DNA of 64,000 bases from Tubiluchus corallicola (Eukaryota; Animalia; Priapulida), in contig JAQGDQ010002409.1 of NCBI GenBank assembly GCA_030141605.1, positions 1 through 64,000 on the forward strand, read 5' to 3'. The translations under genes and the position numbers were made by a program. The notes beneath the pieces are model-generated. The model was not told the DNA's origin and made no database searches. It worked only from the letters and a program-made list of their open reading frames with translations. Below, one piece after another: positions 10,651 through 20,541 of this stretch (position 1 is its first letter; each line of letters starts with the position of its first letter).

Positions 10651-12447
10651 ATGAAAATGACTTACATTCTACAACTAACAAGGGCTTTTCTTATCATACT
10701 TTTTTTATTTGTATTTCATCTTCAGGATTCCTTTTCACAAGTAGGACAACCTAATGTTATACTTATATTAACAGACGACCAAGGATATGGAGACCTTAGT
10801 ATAACAGGAAATTCTTATATAGAAACTCCTCAAATAGATAAGTTTGCAAAAGCCAACATTACATTAGACAGGTTTATGGTATCAGCTGTATGCTCACCTA
10901 CAAGAGCCAGTTTACTGACAGGACGCTACCACCTTGCAACAGGCGTAAATTGGGTAACAAGAAGAAAAGAAGTAATGAGCAGTAACGAAATTACCATAGC
11001 CGAAATATTTAAAGAAGCAGGTTACAAAACAGGCTGTTTTGGTAAATGGCACAATGGAGCTCAATATCCACACAACCCTAATGGACAAGGTTTTGACGAG
11101 TTTTGGGGCTTTTGTGCAGGACATTGGAACAATTACTTTTCTCCCATTTTAGAACACAACAACGGTGAATTTGTAAAAACCAAAGGCTATATTACTGATA
11201 TTTTAACAGACAAAGCCTTAGAATTTATAATAGAAAACAAAGATGAGCCCTTCTTTTGCTATATACCTTACAATGCTCCACACGGACCTTTTCAAGTACC
11301 TGATAAGTATTTTAAAAAATATAAAAACAAAGGATTGAGCAACAAAGATGCTGCTATATATGGTATGTGTGAAAACATAGACGACAACTTTGGAAGGATA
11401 ATTAAAACCTTGGAAGAACACCATCTTTCAGACAATACAATTGTGATATACACCTCAGATAATGGACCTTACGGAAAGCGCTACAATGCACAAATGAAAG
11501 GCACAAAAGGCACAGTTCACGAAGGAGGAGTAAGAGTTCCCTTCTTTATGAAAGTTCCATCGCTCAACTCTCAAAGTTACACAGTCAAAGAACTCACAGC
11601 ACACATAGACATACTCCCCACACTTGCAGAGCTTTGCAACGTTTCCATACCTAAGGAGATAGACATTCACGGGAAAAGTATAGTTTCATTGCTAAAAGGC
11701 GAAAATAAACTTTGGGAAGAACGCATTATTTTCACACACAATCAGCCTTGGACATTTGAAATTGCTCCTGCTGGTGCAGTAAGAACAGAAAAATACAGAA
11801 TGGTATATAGCAGAAACAATGATACTCTGCTTTACAATATGCAAACAGACCCTTATCAATTGAACGATATTGCAAAACAAAACAAAGAGATAGTAGAAAA
11901 ATTCAACAAGCTATACTACCAATGGTTTATGAATGTTACAATAAACGGTAAAGAACCACGAGCAGAGCCTATTGAAATAGGACATAAAGAAGCCCCCAAA
12001 GTTATTATGCCTGCTCACGAAGCACACCTAAAAGGAGGCGTAAAGTACAATGGAAAAAAAGGCTGGGCTAACGATTGGGCAACAAATTTTAAAAATAAAA
12101 AAGGAGTGATGGTTTGGGACATTAAAGTAGTAGAGGCTGGAAACTACGATATTCACATAAACTATGCTTGTCCTAAAAAAGACATAGGTTTCAATATCAT
12201 TGTAGAATACGGAGATAAAAAAACAACAACTGTTTTGGATAAGCCTTATAGTGCAAAGACTTTAAAAAGTCCCGACAGGGTGAAAAGAACAGAAGTATAT
12301 GAAAAAAAATGGGGTAGTTTCCTTATCCAAAATGTAAAACTAAAAAAAGGAGAATATAAATTTAGGTTGAGGGTAGATGATAATATAAACAAAAACAACG
12401 ACTTCGCCCTTAAAGATGTAGTTGTATCTAAAACAATTGTTCAATAA
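10651..12447 (+). CDS. S1 sulfatase (Cys-type) with extra C-terminal beta-sandwich domain
   Basis: 'PNVILILTDDQG', 'CSPTRASLLTG', 'GKWH', 'SDNG'; about 150 aa C-terminal extension. Confidence 0.95.
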   Translation: MKMTYILQLTRAFLIILFLFVFHLQDSFSQVGQPNVILILTDDQGYGDLSITGNSYIETPQIDKFAKANITLDRFMVSAVCSPTRASLLTGRYHLATGVNWVTRRKEVMSSNEITIAEIFKEAGYKTGCFGKWHNGAQYPHNPNGQGFDEFWGFCAGHWNNYFSPILEHNNGEFVKTKGYITDILTDKALEFIIENKDEPFFCYIPYNAPHGPFQVPDKYFKKYKNKGLSNKDAAIYGMCENIDDNFGRIIKTLEEHHLSDNTIVIYTSDNGPYGKRYNAQMKGTKGTVHEGGVRVPFFMKVPSLNSQSYTVKELTAHIDILPTLAELCNVSIPKEIDIHGKSIVSLLKGENKLWEERIIFTHNQPWTFEIAPAGAVRTEKYRMVYSRNNDTLLYNMQTDPYQLNDIAKQNKEIVEKFNKLYYQWFMNVTINGKEPRAEPIEIGHKEAPKVIMPAHEAHLKGGVKYNGKKGWANDWATNFKNKKGVMVWDIKVVEAGNYDIHINYACPKKDIGFNIIVEYGDKKTTTVLDKPYSAKTLKSPDRVKRTEVYEKKWGSFLIQNVKLKKGEYKFRLRVDDNINKNNDFALKDVVVSKTIVQ

Positions 12448-12457
12448 CATAAAATTT

Positions 12458-13819
12458 ATGAAAATGTATAAACAAATCTTTCTTTTCTTCTGTGCAATTA
12501 TTCTTGCCTATAATATAACTAAGGCAGCAGACAAACCTAATATAATTATTATAGTTGCAGACGATTTAGGCTATGGAGACCTTTCTTGCTTTGGAGCAAC
12601 AGACTTGAAAACACCTAACATTGATAAGATAGCTGATAGTGGTATTAGGTTTACCAATTTTCACAGCAATTCTTCGGTATGCTCTCCTGCCAGAGCATCG
12701 CTATTAACAGGGCGTTACCCTGATATGGTAGGTGTTCCGGGAGTTATTAGAAATAAAAAGAGTAATAGTTTTGGATATTTTTCTCCTGACGCTATTACCC
12801 TGCCTCAAATAATCAAAAACGCAGGTTACAAAACAGCAATGATAGGTAAATGGCACCTTGGCTCTGCCTCTCCTAATCTGCCAAACGATAGAGGCTTTGA
12901 CTTTTACAAAGGCTGGTTGCTTGGAATGACCGATTATTACAAACACGAAAGATATGGGCAAAATTGGATGTTTGAAAACAAAGAACGTATAACACCCAAG
13001 GGACACGTTACCGACTTGTTTACCAACTGGGCTATACAGTACATCAACGAGCAAAAAAACAAAGAGCAACCCTTCTGCTTGTTTTTGACTTATACTGCTC
13101 CACACACGCCTCTTCAACCTCGTCAAGATTACTTAGATGCCGTGTTGAAACGAGAAAAAAACATAGATACTAAGAGGGCTAAATACATTGGCTTGGTAGA
13201 GCATATGGACGATGGTATAGGACAAATTGTAGCAGCACTAAAAAAAGCAAATAAATATGACAACACACTTATTATTTTCACTTCCGACAATGGTGGGGTA
13301 CTGAAAGCAGGAGCAAACAATGGTATATATAATGGAGAGAAAGGAGATGTTTTTGAGGGTGGGGTAAGAGTGCCTATGTGTCTTTCTTGGGGCAATAAAA
13401 TACCTTCTAAACAAGTAAATAACCATTATGTAGCAATGATGGATATTTTTCCTACAATAGCAGATATAACAGGCGTAAATATTGATAACAACATAGAAGG
13501 AAAAACCTTTAAACCCTACATAGAAGGGCAGCAAGACAATTTATACCCCAACCGCTCTATCATATACGTAAGAAGGGGAGGAGGGTCAGGAAAATTTGGT
13601 GCTGCATTTTACGGAGTACAAAAAGGAAAGTGGAAACTTTTGCAGAACAGTTCTTTTGAACCGATGAGATTCTATAATATGGAAACGGATTTCGTAGAGA
13701 AAAATCCTATAAACCCGAAAGAAAGACCTAAGCAGCACAAAGAATTTATCAGTACATTACAGAAACATATTATTCAGGCAGGAAAAATACCTTGGGGAAA
13801 TAGCAGTGCAGATGATTAA
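12458..13819 (+). CDS. S1 sulfatase (Cys-type)
   Basis: 'PNIIIIVADDLG', 'CSPARASLLTG', 'GKWHLG'. Start moved to ATG 12458 (12464 also possible), ahead of the signal peptide. Confidence 0.95.
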   Translation: MKMYKQIFLFFCAIILAYNITKAADKPNIIIIVADDLGYGDLSCFGATDLKTPNIDKIADSGIRFTNFHSNSSVCSPARASLLTGRYPDMVGVPGVIRNKKSNSFGYFSPDAITLPQIIKNAGYKTAMIGKWHLGSASPNLPNDRGFDFYKGWLLGMTDYYKHERYGQNWMFENKERITPKGHVTDLFTNWAIQYINEQKNKEQPFCLFLTYTAPHTPLQPRQDYLDAVLKREKNIDTKRAKYIGLVEHMDDGIGQIVAALKKANKYDNTLIIFTSDNGGVLKAGANNGIYNGEKGDVFEGGVRVPMCLSWGNKIPSKQVNNHYVAMMDIFPTIADITGVNIDNNIEGKTFKPYIEGQQDNLYPNRSIIYVRRGGGSGKFGAAFYGVQKGKWKLLQNSSFEPMRFYNMETDFVEKNPINPKERPKQHKEFISTLQKHIIQAGKIPWGNSSADD

Positions 13820-13844
13820 CTTACTACAACATATTGCCCCTACA

Positions 13845-15884
13845 ATGAACCTAAGTTTTACTGCAAGGTTAATACTTCTTTGTGTAAGTATCTCTCTTAC
13901 TGCACAAGAGAATATCATACTCGAAGAAGACTTCCTTTCCAATAAAAATCTCAAAGAAATATCATTGAAAGGAAAAGGTAAAGGAAAATATAATATATCC
14001 GACAATCAACTTAAAATAACTTCGGAGAATGAACATTACTATGGAATGTATTACCCACAACCTATTTCTGGGAGCTTTGAGGCAATTGTATCGTACAAAG
14101 AAGATAGAAATGTAGGTATTGCCATTATAAAAGAAAAAAATGGACAACCAGACTTGAACAATTACGTTATTTTCTGCATAACAAAAAACGAAGAAAACAC
14201 CACCCAAATATATCTTTTAGACAAACAAAAGGGAAAAGAAAACATTTTAGACAATACAAAAATAATAGAAGACAAAGAATGGGCTTATCATCATAAATTA
14301 GATGGTAAACAGTATTCTATTCCCTTTCAACATACTACGGGAAAGGCTAAAATATATTTAGATGCAGAGGCTAATTTTTTTCACTATTACTATGGTGTTG
14401 AAAAAAATATATATGGCAAAACCAAAGAGGGGTATATGGAAATTTCTCCTTCTAGAGCATTGGGGAAGAAAGGACAAAAATACTTTGTTGCTTTAATCTC
14501 CTTAGGTGGCAAAGTCAATTTTCAGAAGCTAACCATAAAAAACACATCCATCCAAGATATAGACAATACCCAAACAGGGTTTAAAGCTATGAGAAGAAAT
14601 TACACATGGTCAGGATTTTCGGGCGACGCTTTGGTAGTTACTTTTAGCAACGAGTTTCCATTCTGCAAAAATGACCATAAATTTGTGTTTTGGGAGCAGG
14701 CAAACTATATTCCCGTATGGCATATAAACAATCAACTATTGTTTTCTTATGAATTTGTAGAAACGTGGTGGAGCAAAACTCCACAAAACTGCTATGAGCC
14801 TATGTCCGACCGCCTCAACCGCTGGTCGAACGTAAAACTCATAGAAAATAACAAAGTGAGAAAAGTTGTTCGATGGGAATACGTCTTATGCAACCCTAAC
14901 TACAAGGTACCAATGGACGGCACAGGAAAACAACTGCCTGAGGTAAAAGAGTATTACTACATCTATCCTGATGGGAGTTTTACTCGTCATATTCATTATT
15001 TTCCTAAACTTGATACAAAACATCGTTCTTGGCACGAGCTTAGCGAACTTATTGTAATAGCAGGCAATAAAACGCATCCAGCAGAACACTTGCAAACTCC
15101 TGCCTTAACTATTAGCAACTTAGAAAAAACACAAGAGTATCTGCACAAAGGGAAAAAAAGAACTCTATTTTCTACTGAAGAATGGAAGCAAGCCTTATTA
15201 GTATCTCACCTCTTGCCCTCTACGGATGCTTTTTGTGCATTCTCCTTTGATGATAAGTTCCTTGAAACTTATTCAAACAGCAAATGTAAAGTAGATATAT
15301 CGTGGCACGGAAGAAATTATAAAATGTCTCATTGGCCTGTGAGTAAAGAGCCTTATGTAGTTCCTTCTAAATCAAAAACACAATGGAAAGCAAGTGTATC
15401 TCACACATCATTGGCAGGAGTGGGAGCTTTGAACGAAACAAGTTGGAAAGAAGATACATATTACCTCGTAGACAAAAGGGGAAGAAAATACCGCATTTGG
15501 GTAATGCTGGGAGGGTTGAGCCAATCGAACAATGTAGAATTTATAAAAGAGTATACAAAATGGTGGTTGTGGGAGAAAAACATAAGAATAAGTAAAAACT
15601 CAACTTGTATATACGAAAAAAATAACCGAATAGATAAAACATTAGTGTTTGATAACACAAGTTCAACCTCAACCCCTAATTGTTCTTTTACCATTTCTGC
15701 TAATGACCAAGAAAAACTTATCAATCCTGTTATTTACATTAAGAATTGGAACAAAGAAACAATAAATGTAAAAATCAATGGAATTTTAAGCAAAGCATTT
15801 AGATACCATTATTACAAAAATGGAAATGCTATTGTTTCAATAAATGGGATATATGACAGTGACTTAACAATAGAAATAAAATAA
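13845..15884 (+). CDS. Secreted protein of unknown function within PUL (candidate uncharacterised carbohydrate-active enzyme)
   Basis: Long intact ORF. Signal peptide after ATG 13845 (MNLSFTARLILLCVSISLTAQ). Aromatic/acidic core 'FVFWEQANYIP..YEFVETW..YEPMSD..VVRWEY..EYYYIYPDG'. Confidence 0.8.
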   Translation: MNLSFTARLILLCVSISLTAQENIILEEDFLSNKNLKEISLKGKGKGKYNISDNQLKITSENEHYYGMYYPQPISGSFEAIVSYKEDRNVGIAIIKEKNGQPDLNNYVIFCITKNEENTTQIYLLDKQKGKENILDNTKIIEDKEWAYHHKLDGKQYSIPFQHTTGKAKIYLDAEANFFHYYYGVEKNIYGKTKEGYMEISPSRALGKKGQKYFVALISLGGKVNFQKLTIKNTSIQDIDNTQTGFKAMRRNYTWSGFSGDALVVTFSNEFPFCKNDHKFVFWEQANYIPVWHINNQLLFSYEFVETWWSKTPQNCYEPMSDRLNRWSNVKLIENNKVRKVVRWEYVLCNPNYKVPMDGTGKQLPEVKEYYYIYPDGSFTRHIHYFPKLDTKHRSWHELSELIVIAGNKTHPAEHLQTPALTISNLEKTQEYLHKGKKRTLFSTEEWKQALLVSHLLPSTDAFCAFSFDDKFLETYSNSKCKVDISWHGRNYKMSHWPVSKEPYVVPSKSKTQWKASVSHTSLAGVGALNETSWKEDTYYLVDKRGRKYRIWVMLGGLSQSNNVEFIKEYTKWWLWEKNIRISKNSTCIYEKNNRIDKTLVFDNTSSTSTPNCSFTISANDQEKLINPVIYIKNWNKETINVKINGILSKAFRYHYYKNGNAIVSINGIYDSDLTIEIK

Positions 15885-15910
15885 CTACCAATAATAAGCA
15901 ATTCAAAAAA

Positions 15911-17284
15911 ATGAAAAAAAACATCATTGCAATCAGCTGTTATATTCTTCTTTTTGCTTTTGGACTAACCAAAACACTGAAAGCAGAAAAAGAACAACCG
16001 AACATAATAATCATATACACAGATGATCAAGGCTATTCCGACTTAGGGTGCTATGGTGCAGTGGGATTTGAAACACCCCATTTGGACAAAATGGCAGCAG
16101 AAGGAGTACGTTTTACAAACTTTTATGCAGGTTCAAATATATGTTCTCCATCAAGAATGGCAATGCTCACAGGACGTTACCCTGTCCGAGCTGGAATGCC
16201 CAAGGTATTGATGCACTATTCTAAAACAGGAATACATAAAGATGAAGTTACCATTGCAGAAATGCTAAAAGAGCAAGGGTATAAAACTGCCATTGTAGGT
16301 AAATGGCACTTGGGTCATTTCGAAGAGTCGTTACCTCTCCAACACGGATTTGACGAATTTTATGGCTTGCCTTTTTCTAACGACCTTAAAGTAAACGGAG
16401 TGCTTCCTTTCTACAAAGGGAACGAAGTAATAGAAAAGAACCCTGATAATTCTATGCTGACAACTCGCTACACAGAATATGCAGTTCAATTTATAAAAGA
16501 GAACAGAAACAATCCATTTTTTCTTTATCTCGCCCATTCTATGCCCCATACACCTTTGGGTGTTTCTGACAAATTTAAAGGTAAGTCAAATTTAGGTTTA
16601 TATGGCGATGTAATGATGGAAATAGATTGGTCGGTTGGAGAAATAATGAAACAACTTAAAGAACTGGACTTAGATAAAGAAACATTGGTTTTCTTTTCTT
16701 CTGATAATGGTCCTTCTTTAAAACAAGGAAAACACGCAGGAAACTCCTACCCACTAAGAGAGGGAAAAGGAACAACCTTTGAAGGAGGACATAGAGTGCC
16801 ATGTGTAATATGGATGCCTCAATCCATAGCAGAAGGAATAGTAGTAGATAAAATGGCTGCTCAAATAGATTGGTTTCCAACTATTGCACATATCTGTAAA
16901 GCCAATTTGCCTGATACAAAAATTGATGGTGTAAACCTATGGGACTTACTACTTGGCAAAGATGTTACTCCAAGAAAAGAGTTTTTCTTTTACAAAGCTG
17001 CTACATTAGAAGCTTACAGAAAGAAAGATTATAAACTACACTTGCCACACGGCTATTGGACACCTACAAATGAATTGATAGAAATAGGTAAGACAAAACT
17101 TAAACAAGAAAGAAAAGAGATTGAATTATCATTATTTAATCTACAAACAAATATATCAGAAGATGATAACAAGCGAATTGATGACGAGGAAATAATAAAG
17201 AAGATGAAAAAACGAATGCAAACATTTGACGAAAAGTTGCAAAAAAATAAGAGAAAGCAATATAAAGTAAAAACAAATAATTAA
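15911..17284 (+). CDS. S1 sulfatase (Cys-type)
   Basis: 'PNIIIIYTDDQG', 'CSPSRMAMLTG', 'GKWHLG', 'SDNGP'. Confidence 0.95.
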   Translation: MKKNIIAISCYILLFAFGLTKTLKAEKEQPNIIIIYTDDQGYSDLGCYGAVGFETPHLDKMAAEGVRFTNFYAGSNICSPSRMAMLTGRYPVRAGMPKVLMHYSKTGIHKDEVTIAEMLKEQGYKTAIVGKWHLGHFEESLPLQHGFDEFYGLPFSNDLKVNGVLPFYKGNEVIEKNPDNSMLTTRYTEYAVQFIKENRNNPFFLYLAHSMPHTPLGVSDKFKGKSNLGLYGDVMMEIDWSVGEIMKQLKELDLDKETLVFFSSDNGPSLKQGKHAGNSYPLREGKGTTFEGGHRVPCVIWMPQSIAEGIVVDKMAAQIDWFPTIAHICKANLPDTKIDGVNLWDLLLGKDVTPRKEFFFYKAATLEAYRKKDYKLHLPHGYWTPTNELIEIGKTKLKQERKEIELSLFNLQTNISEDDNKRIDDEEIIKKMKKRMQTFDEKLQKNKRKQYKVKTNN

Positions 17285-17322
17285 AATTATAATATAGTTC
17301 AAAATTTTAAATTAAATTTATT

Positions 17323-18639
17323 ATGAAAAATGCGAGCAAAATTTTAATAGGATTCTTGTCCCTAATAATTTCCGTTTCGTCTTATAGTGCCAAAAAGCCT
17401 AATGTAATATTAATACTTATTGACGATATAGGTGTAGAGGCTGTTACTTGCTATGGAGGTGAAAGTTATAATACTCCTCATTTAGACAAGTTAGCAGGAG
17501 AAGGAATACGTTTTGAACACTGTTATTCCCAACCTTTATGCACCCCTTCGCGTGTTAAAATAATGACGGGTAAATACAACTCTCGCAATTATGTAAATTT
17601 TGGAATATTAAAAGATGGTGAATACACTTTTGCTAATGCTTTTCAGGACAATGGCTACAAGACTTGTGTCGCAGGTAAATGGCAACTCAGTCAGAATGTA
17701 GAAAATGCACTTGAAAAACCTTATGAGTTTGGGTTTCATACTTATGCTCTTTGGCAAATAGGGGATAAGGCAGATAAAGGTTCACGCTACAAATCACCTA
17801 GTATTTGGCAGGATGGAAAAAAAATAAAAAATACAGATGGAAAATATGGACCTGATATATTTGTTAATTTCATATTAGAATTTATTGAAAAGAATAAAAA
17901 CGAACCTTTCTTTGTTTACTACCCTATGGCACTGGTTCACGACCCATTTCAACCTACTCCCAACCAAAAGAAATTTAAATCTATAGAAGGAGATAAGTCT
18001 TTGAACGAGCCTAAATACTTCAAAAACCAAGTGGAATATATGGATGAAATTTTTGAAAAAATAACCTCCAAATTAGACAAAGAAAACCTAAGGGAAAACA
18101 CTGTTATTATGATAGTGGGAGATAATGGAACACACTCCAAAATAGTTTCTACCTACAAGGGAGAAGAATACAAAGGCGGTAAAGGATGGTCTATCGCAGC
18201 TGGAACACACGTACCATTTATTGTGAATTGGCAAGGAACTGTAAAGTCTAACCAAGTAAATGATAACTTAATAGATTTCTCCGATTTCCTCCCTACACTA
18301 ATGGATATAATAGGGATGAAAACTCCTGATGACCTAGATGGAATAAGTTTTTACAATCAATTGATAGGGAAAAAGCACACTCCACGAGATTTTATATTTT
18401 GCAGTTATTTTGGAAAATCGAAGTATCCTAAAAAACAATTTGCCCATAATAAAAAATGGAAGTTATATGACGATGGAAGATTTTATAACATTAAAAAGGA
18501 TAGATTAGAAAAGAATGATTTATCAAACAAAAACTTAGCAAAAGAAGCCCTAAAAACGAAAGAATATTTGCACAAAAAACTCTTTACTTATAGAAAAGAA
18601 GTGCCTGTGCAGCAAAAAAAGAAGAAAAAAAAGAAATAA
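17323..18639 (+). CDS. S1 sulfatase (Cys-type), poly-Lys tail
   Basis: 'PNVILILIDDIG', 'CTPSRVKIMTG', 'GKWQL', 'GDNG'; ends QQKKKKKKK. Confidence 0.95.
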   Translation: MKNASKILIGFLSLIISVSSYSAKKPNVILILIDDIGVEAVTCYGGESYNTPHLDKLAGEGIRFEHCYSQPLCTPSRVKIMTGKYNSRNYVNFGILKDGEYTFANAFQDNGYKTCVAGKWQLSQNVENALEKPYEFGFHTYALWQIGDKADKGSRYKSPSIWQDGKKIKNTDGKYGPDIFVNFILEFIEKNKNEPFFVYYPMALVHDPFQPTPNQKKFKSIEGDKSLNEPKYFKNQVEYMDEIFEKITSKLDKENLRENTVIMIVGDNGTHSKIVSTYKGEEYKGGKGWSIAAGTHVPFIVNWQGTVKSNQVNDNLIDFSDFLPTLMDIIGMKTPDDLDGISFYNQLIGKKHTPRDFIFCSYFGKSKYPKKQFAHNKKWKLYDDGRFYNIKKDRLEKNDLSNKNLAKEALKTKEYLHKKLFTYRKEVPVQQKKKKKKK

Positions 18640-18688
18640 TTAGAGTAATGTAATAAGTATTAACACCAAAAATAATATTGCTTTTGAA

Positions 18689-18721
18689 TAGCAGTAAAAG
18701 TTAGCTTAACTTTTACTGCTA
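18689..18721 (+). terminator. Perfect 15-bp hairpin closing the PUL (probable intrinsic terminator)
   Basis: TAGCAGTAAAAGTTA-GCT-TAACTTTTACTGCTA, 50 nt after the last sulfatase stop; only a short U-rich tail. Confidence 0.75.
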
Positions 18722-18770
18722 ATTTCTAATACATTATTTAAATTTATACACTATTGCCAAAAATAATATT

Positions 18771-18778
18771 TACCTTTG
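18771..18778 (+). promoter_or_regulatory. Bacteroidota sigma-A -7 box (TAnnTTTG) for ruvC
   Basis: TACCTTTG about 20 nt upstream of the ruvC start. Confidence 0.65.
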
Positions 18779-18799
18779 CTTGTCTCTTTTTAATAAAAA

Positions 18800-19375
18800 T
18801 TGTTAGGTTTGAAACAAGAAAAAATAATACTTGGCATAGACCCCGGTACTACTGTAATGGGCTACGGTATCTTAAAAACAGAAGGAAAAAAGAAATCGCA
18901 AGTTCTTAGCTTTGGAGTATTGGAACTGCACAAGTACAACGATCATTACGTAAAATTAAAAAAGATATTTCAGCGTACTACACAATTAATAAAAGAATAT
19001 CACCCTGACGAGCTGGCTATAGAGGCTCCATTCTATGGTAAAAACGTGCAATCAATGTTAAAACTTGGCAGAGCACAAGGAGCTGTTATAGCAGCCTGCT
19101 TAGAAAGAGAGATACCTATATTTGAATACGCACCTCGTAAAATAAAATTAGCTATTACAGGCACAGGTACTGCCTCCAAAGAACAAGTAGCCGACTTGCT
19201 CACTAAATTTTTAAAAATAAAAAACGAAATACAATACTTAGATGCTACTGATGGCTTAGCAGCAGCTTATTGCCATTTTATACAATCTAACTCCGCTATT
19301 GCTACCACTAAAACCAATCAAAGTTGGGAGAGCTTTATTAAAGAAAATCCGGAGAAATTAAAAGTTGAATTATAA
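18800..19375 (+). CDS. ruvC: Holliday junction resolvase RuvC
   Basis: 'ILGIDPG', 'LAIEAPF', 'KLGRAQG', 'DATDGLAAA'. TTG 18809 is an alternative start. Confidence 0.95.
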   Translation: MLGLKQEKIILGIDPGTTVMGYGILKTEGKKKSQVLSFGVLELHKYNDHYVKLKKIFQRTTQLIKEYHPDELAIEAPFYGKNVQSMLKLGRAQGAVIAACLEREIPIFEYAPRKIKLAITGTGTASKEQVADLLTKFLKIKNEIQYLDATDGLAAAYCHFIQSNSAIATTKTNQSWESFIKENPEKLKVEL

Positions 19376-19418
19376 AAGATAGGTACACTATAACATAAGT
19401 AAGTTTTTGTATGAAAAA

Positions 19419-20432
19419 TTAAGAGTTGGTATTTTTTTCTGTAACTATTTCTTCTATCCATTCAGTATTATCGTTCAAACACTCTACCACATCTAATGTA
19501 TTTCCTCCATTAGCAATAAATAACTTTTTATACTCATCCTTTAATTCTATAATTGTCTCTAAGCAATCAACAACAAATGAAGGAGCTAATAATAAAACTT
19601 TCTTTACTCCTTTTTGCGCCTTTTCAACTAAAATCCTGTCTGTAAAGGGTTGTACCCAGTTTTTCGTCATTCGAGACTGAAAGCATACTGTATAATTTTT
19701 TTGTGGGATGTTTAAAGTTTCTGCAATCAATCGTGCTGTTTCATAGCAAGCAGCCTTATAACAGTATTGAAACTTTGGTTTGTAGTTAGTTTGACATTCA
19801 CATTCTACACATTTTTTTTTAGAGTGTAATTTATTGAGATGGCTTGTAGGTAAACTATGAAATGAAAACAAAATATGCTCATATTTATTTACATTGTAGT
19901 TCTTTACATTTTTAGCAATAGCAGTTATAAATTCTTTGTTGTTGAAGAATGAAGAAACAGTTTTCATACTTGGTATTACATTCCATCCTTGTACAATAGA
20001 AAACACCTCTTCCAATACCGTTCCTGTAGTAGCAGAGGCATATTGAGGGAATAATGGGATAACGATAAGTTTCTTACATCCTACTTGTTTTATTTCATTT
20101 AAAACTCTTCTTATACTAGGTTCACCATACCTCATTGCCAATACTACTTTATGACTACCATTCAATTGTGTTTGTAATGTATCGCACAAGGATTGGCTGT
20201 GATAGAGTAGGGGAGAACCATCTTTTGTCCAAACCCTTCTATATAATTGTACAGACCTTTGTAGCTTAAAGGGAATAATAACAAAATACACCAACAGAAA
20301 TCTCAATACACTGGGAATATTTATCACTCTCTTATCATTTAAAAATTGCAATAAATACTTTGCGACATCCGATATTCTTGGGCTACGTGGTGTACCCACA
20401 TTTACCAATAAAACATATTTATCTATTTTCAT
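19419..20432 (-). CDS. hemH: Ferrochelatase
   Basis: 'LLVNVGTP', 'SPL', 'AMRYGEP', 'PLFPQYASATT', 'FQSR', 'DCLET'. Confidence 0.93.
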   Translation of the reverse strand: MKIDKYVLLVNVGTPRSPRISDVAKYLLQFLNDKRVINIPSVLRFLLVYFVIIPFKLQRSVQLYRRVWTKDGSPLLYHSQSLCDTLQTQLNGSHKVVLAMRYGEPSIRRVLNEIKQVGCKKLIVIPLFPQYASATTGTVLEEVFSIVQGWNVIPSMKTVSSFFNNKEFITAIAKNVKNYNVNKYEHILFSFHSLPTSHLNKLHSKKKCVECECQTNYKPKFQYCYKAACYETARLIAETLNIPQKNYTVCFQSRMTKNWVQPFTDRILVEKAQKGVKKVLLLAPSFVVDCLETIIELKDEYKKLFIANGGNTLDVVECLNDNTEWIEEIVTEKNTNS

Positions 20433-20541
20433 TAGTAGTATTTTCTATTAAAAAAAGCCCTAAATATAAAATATAAAATTAAATATATGCTATATTTGTA
20501 GTTACTTATAGTTTTAGTTTTCTTTTATGAAATAAAAAACT

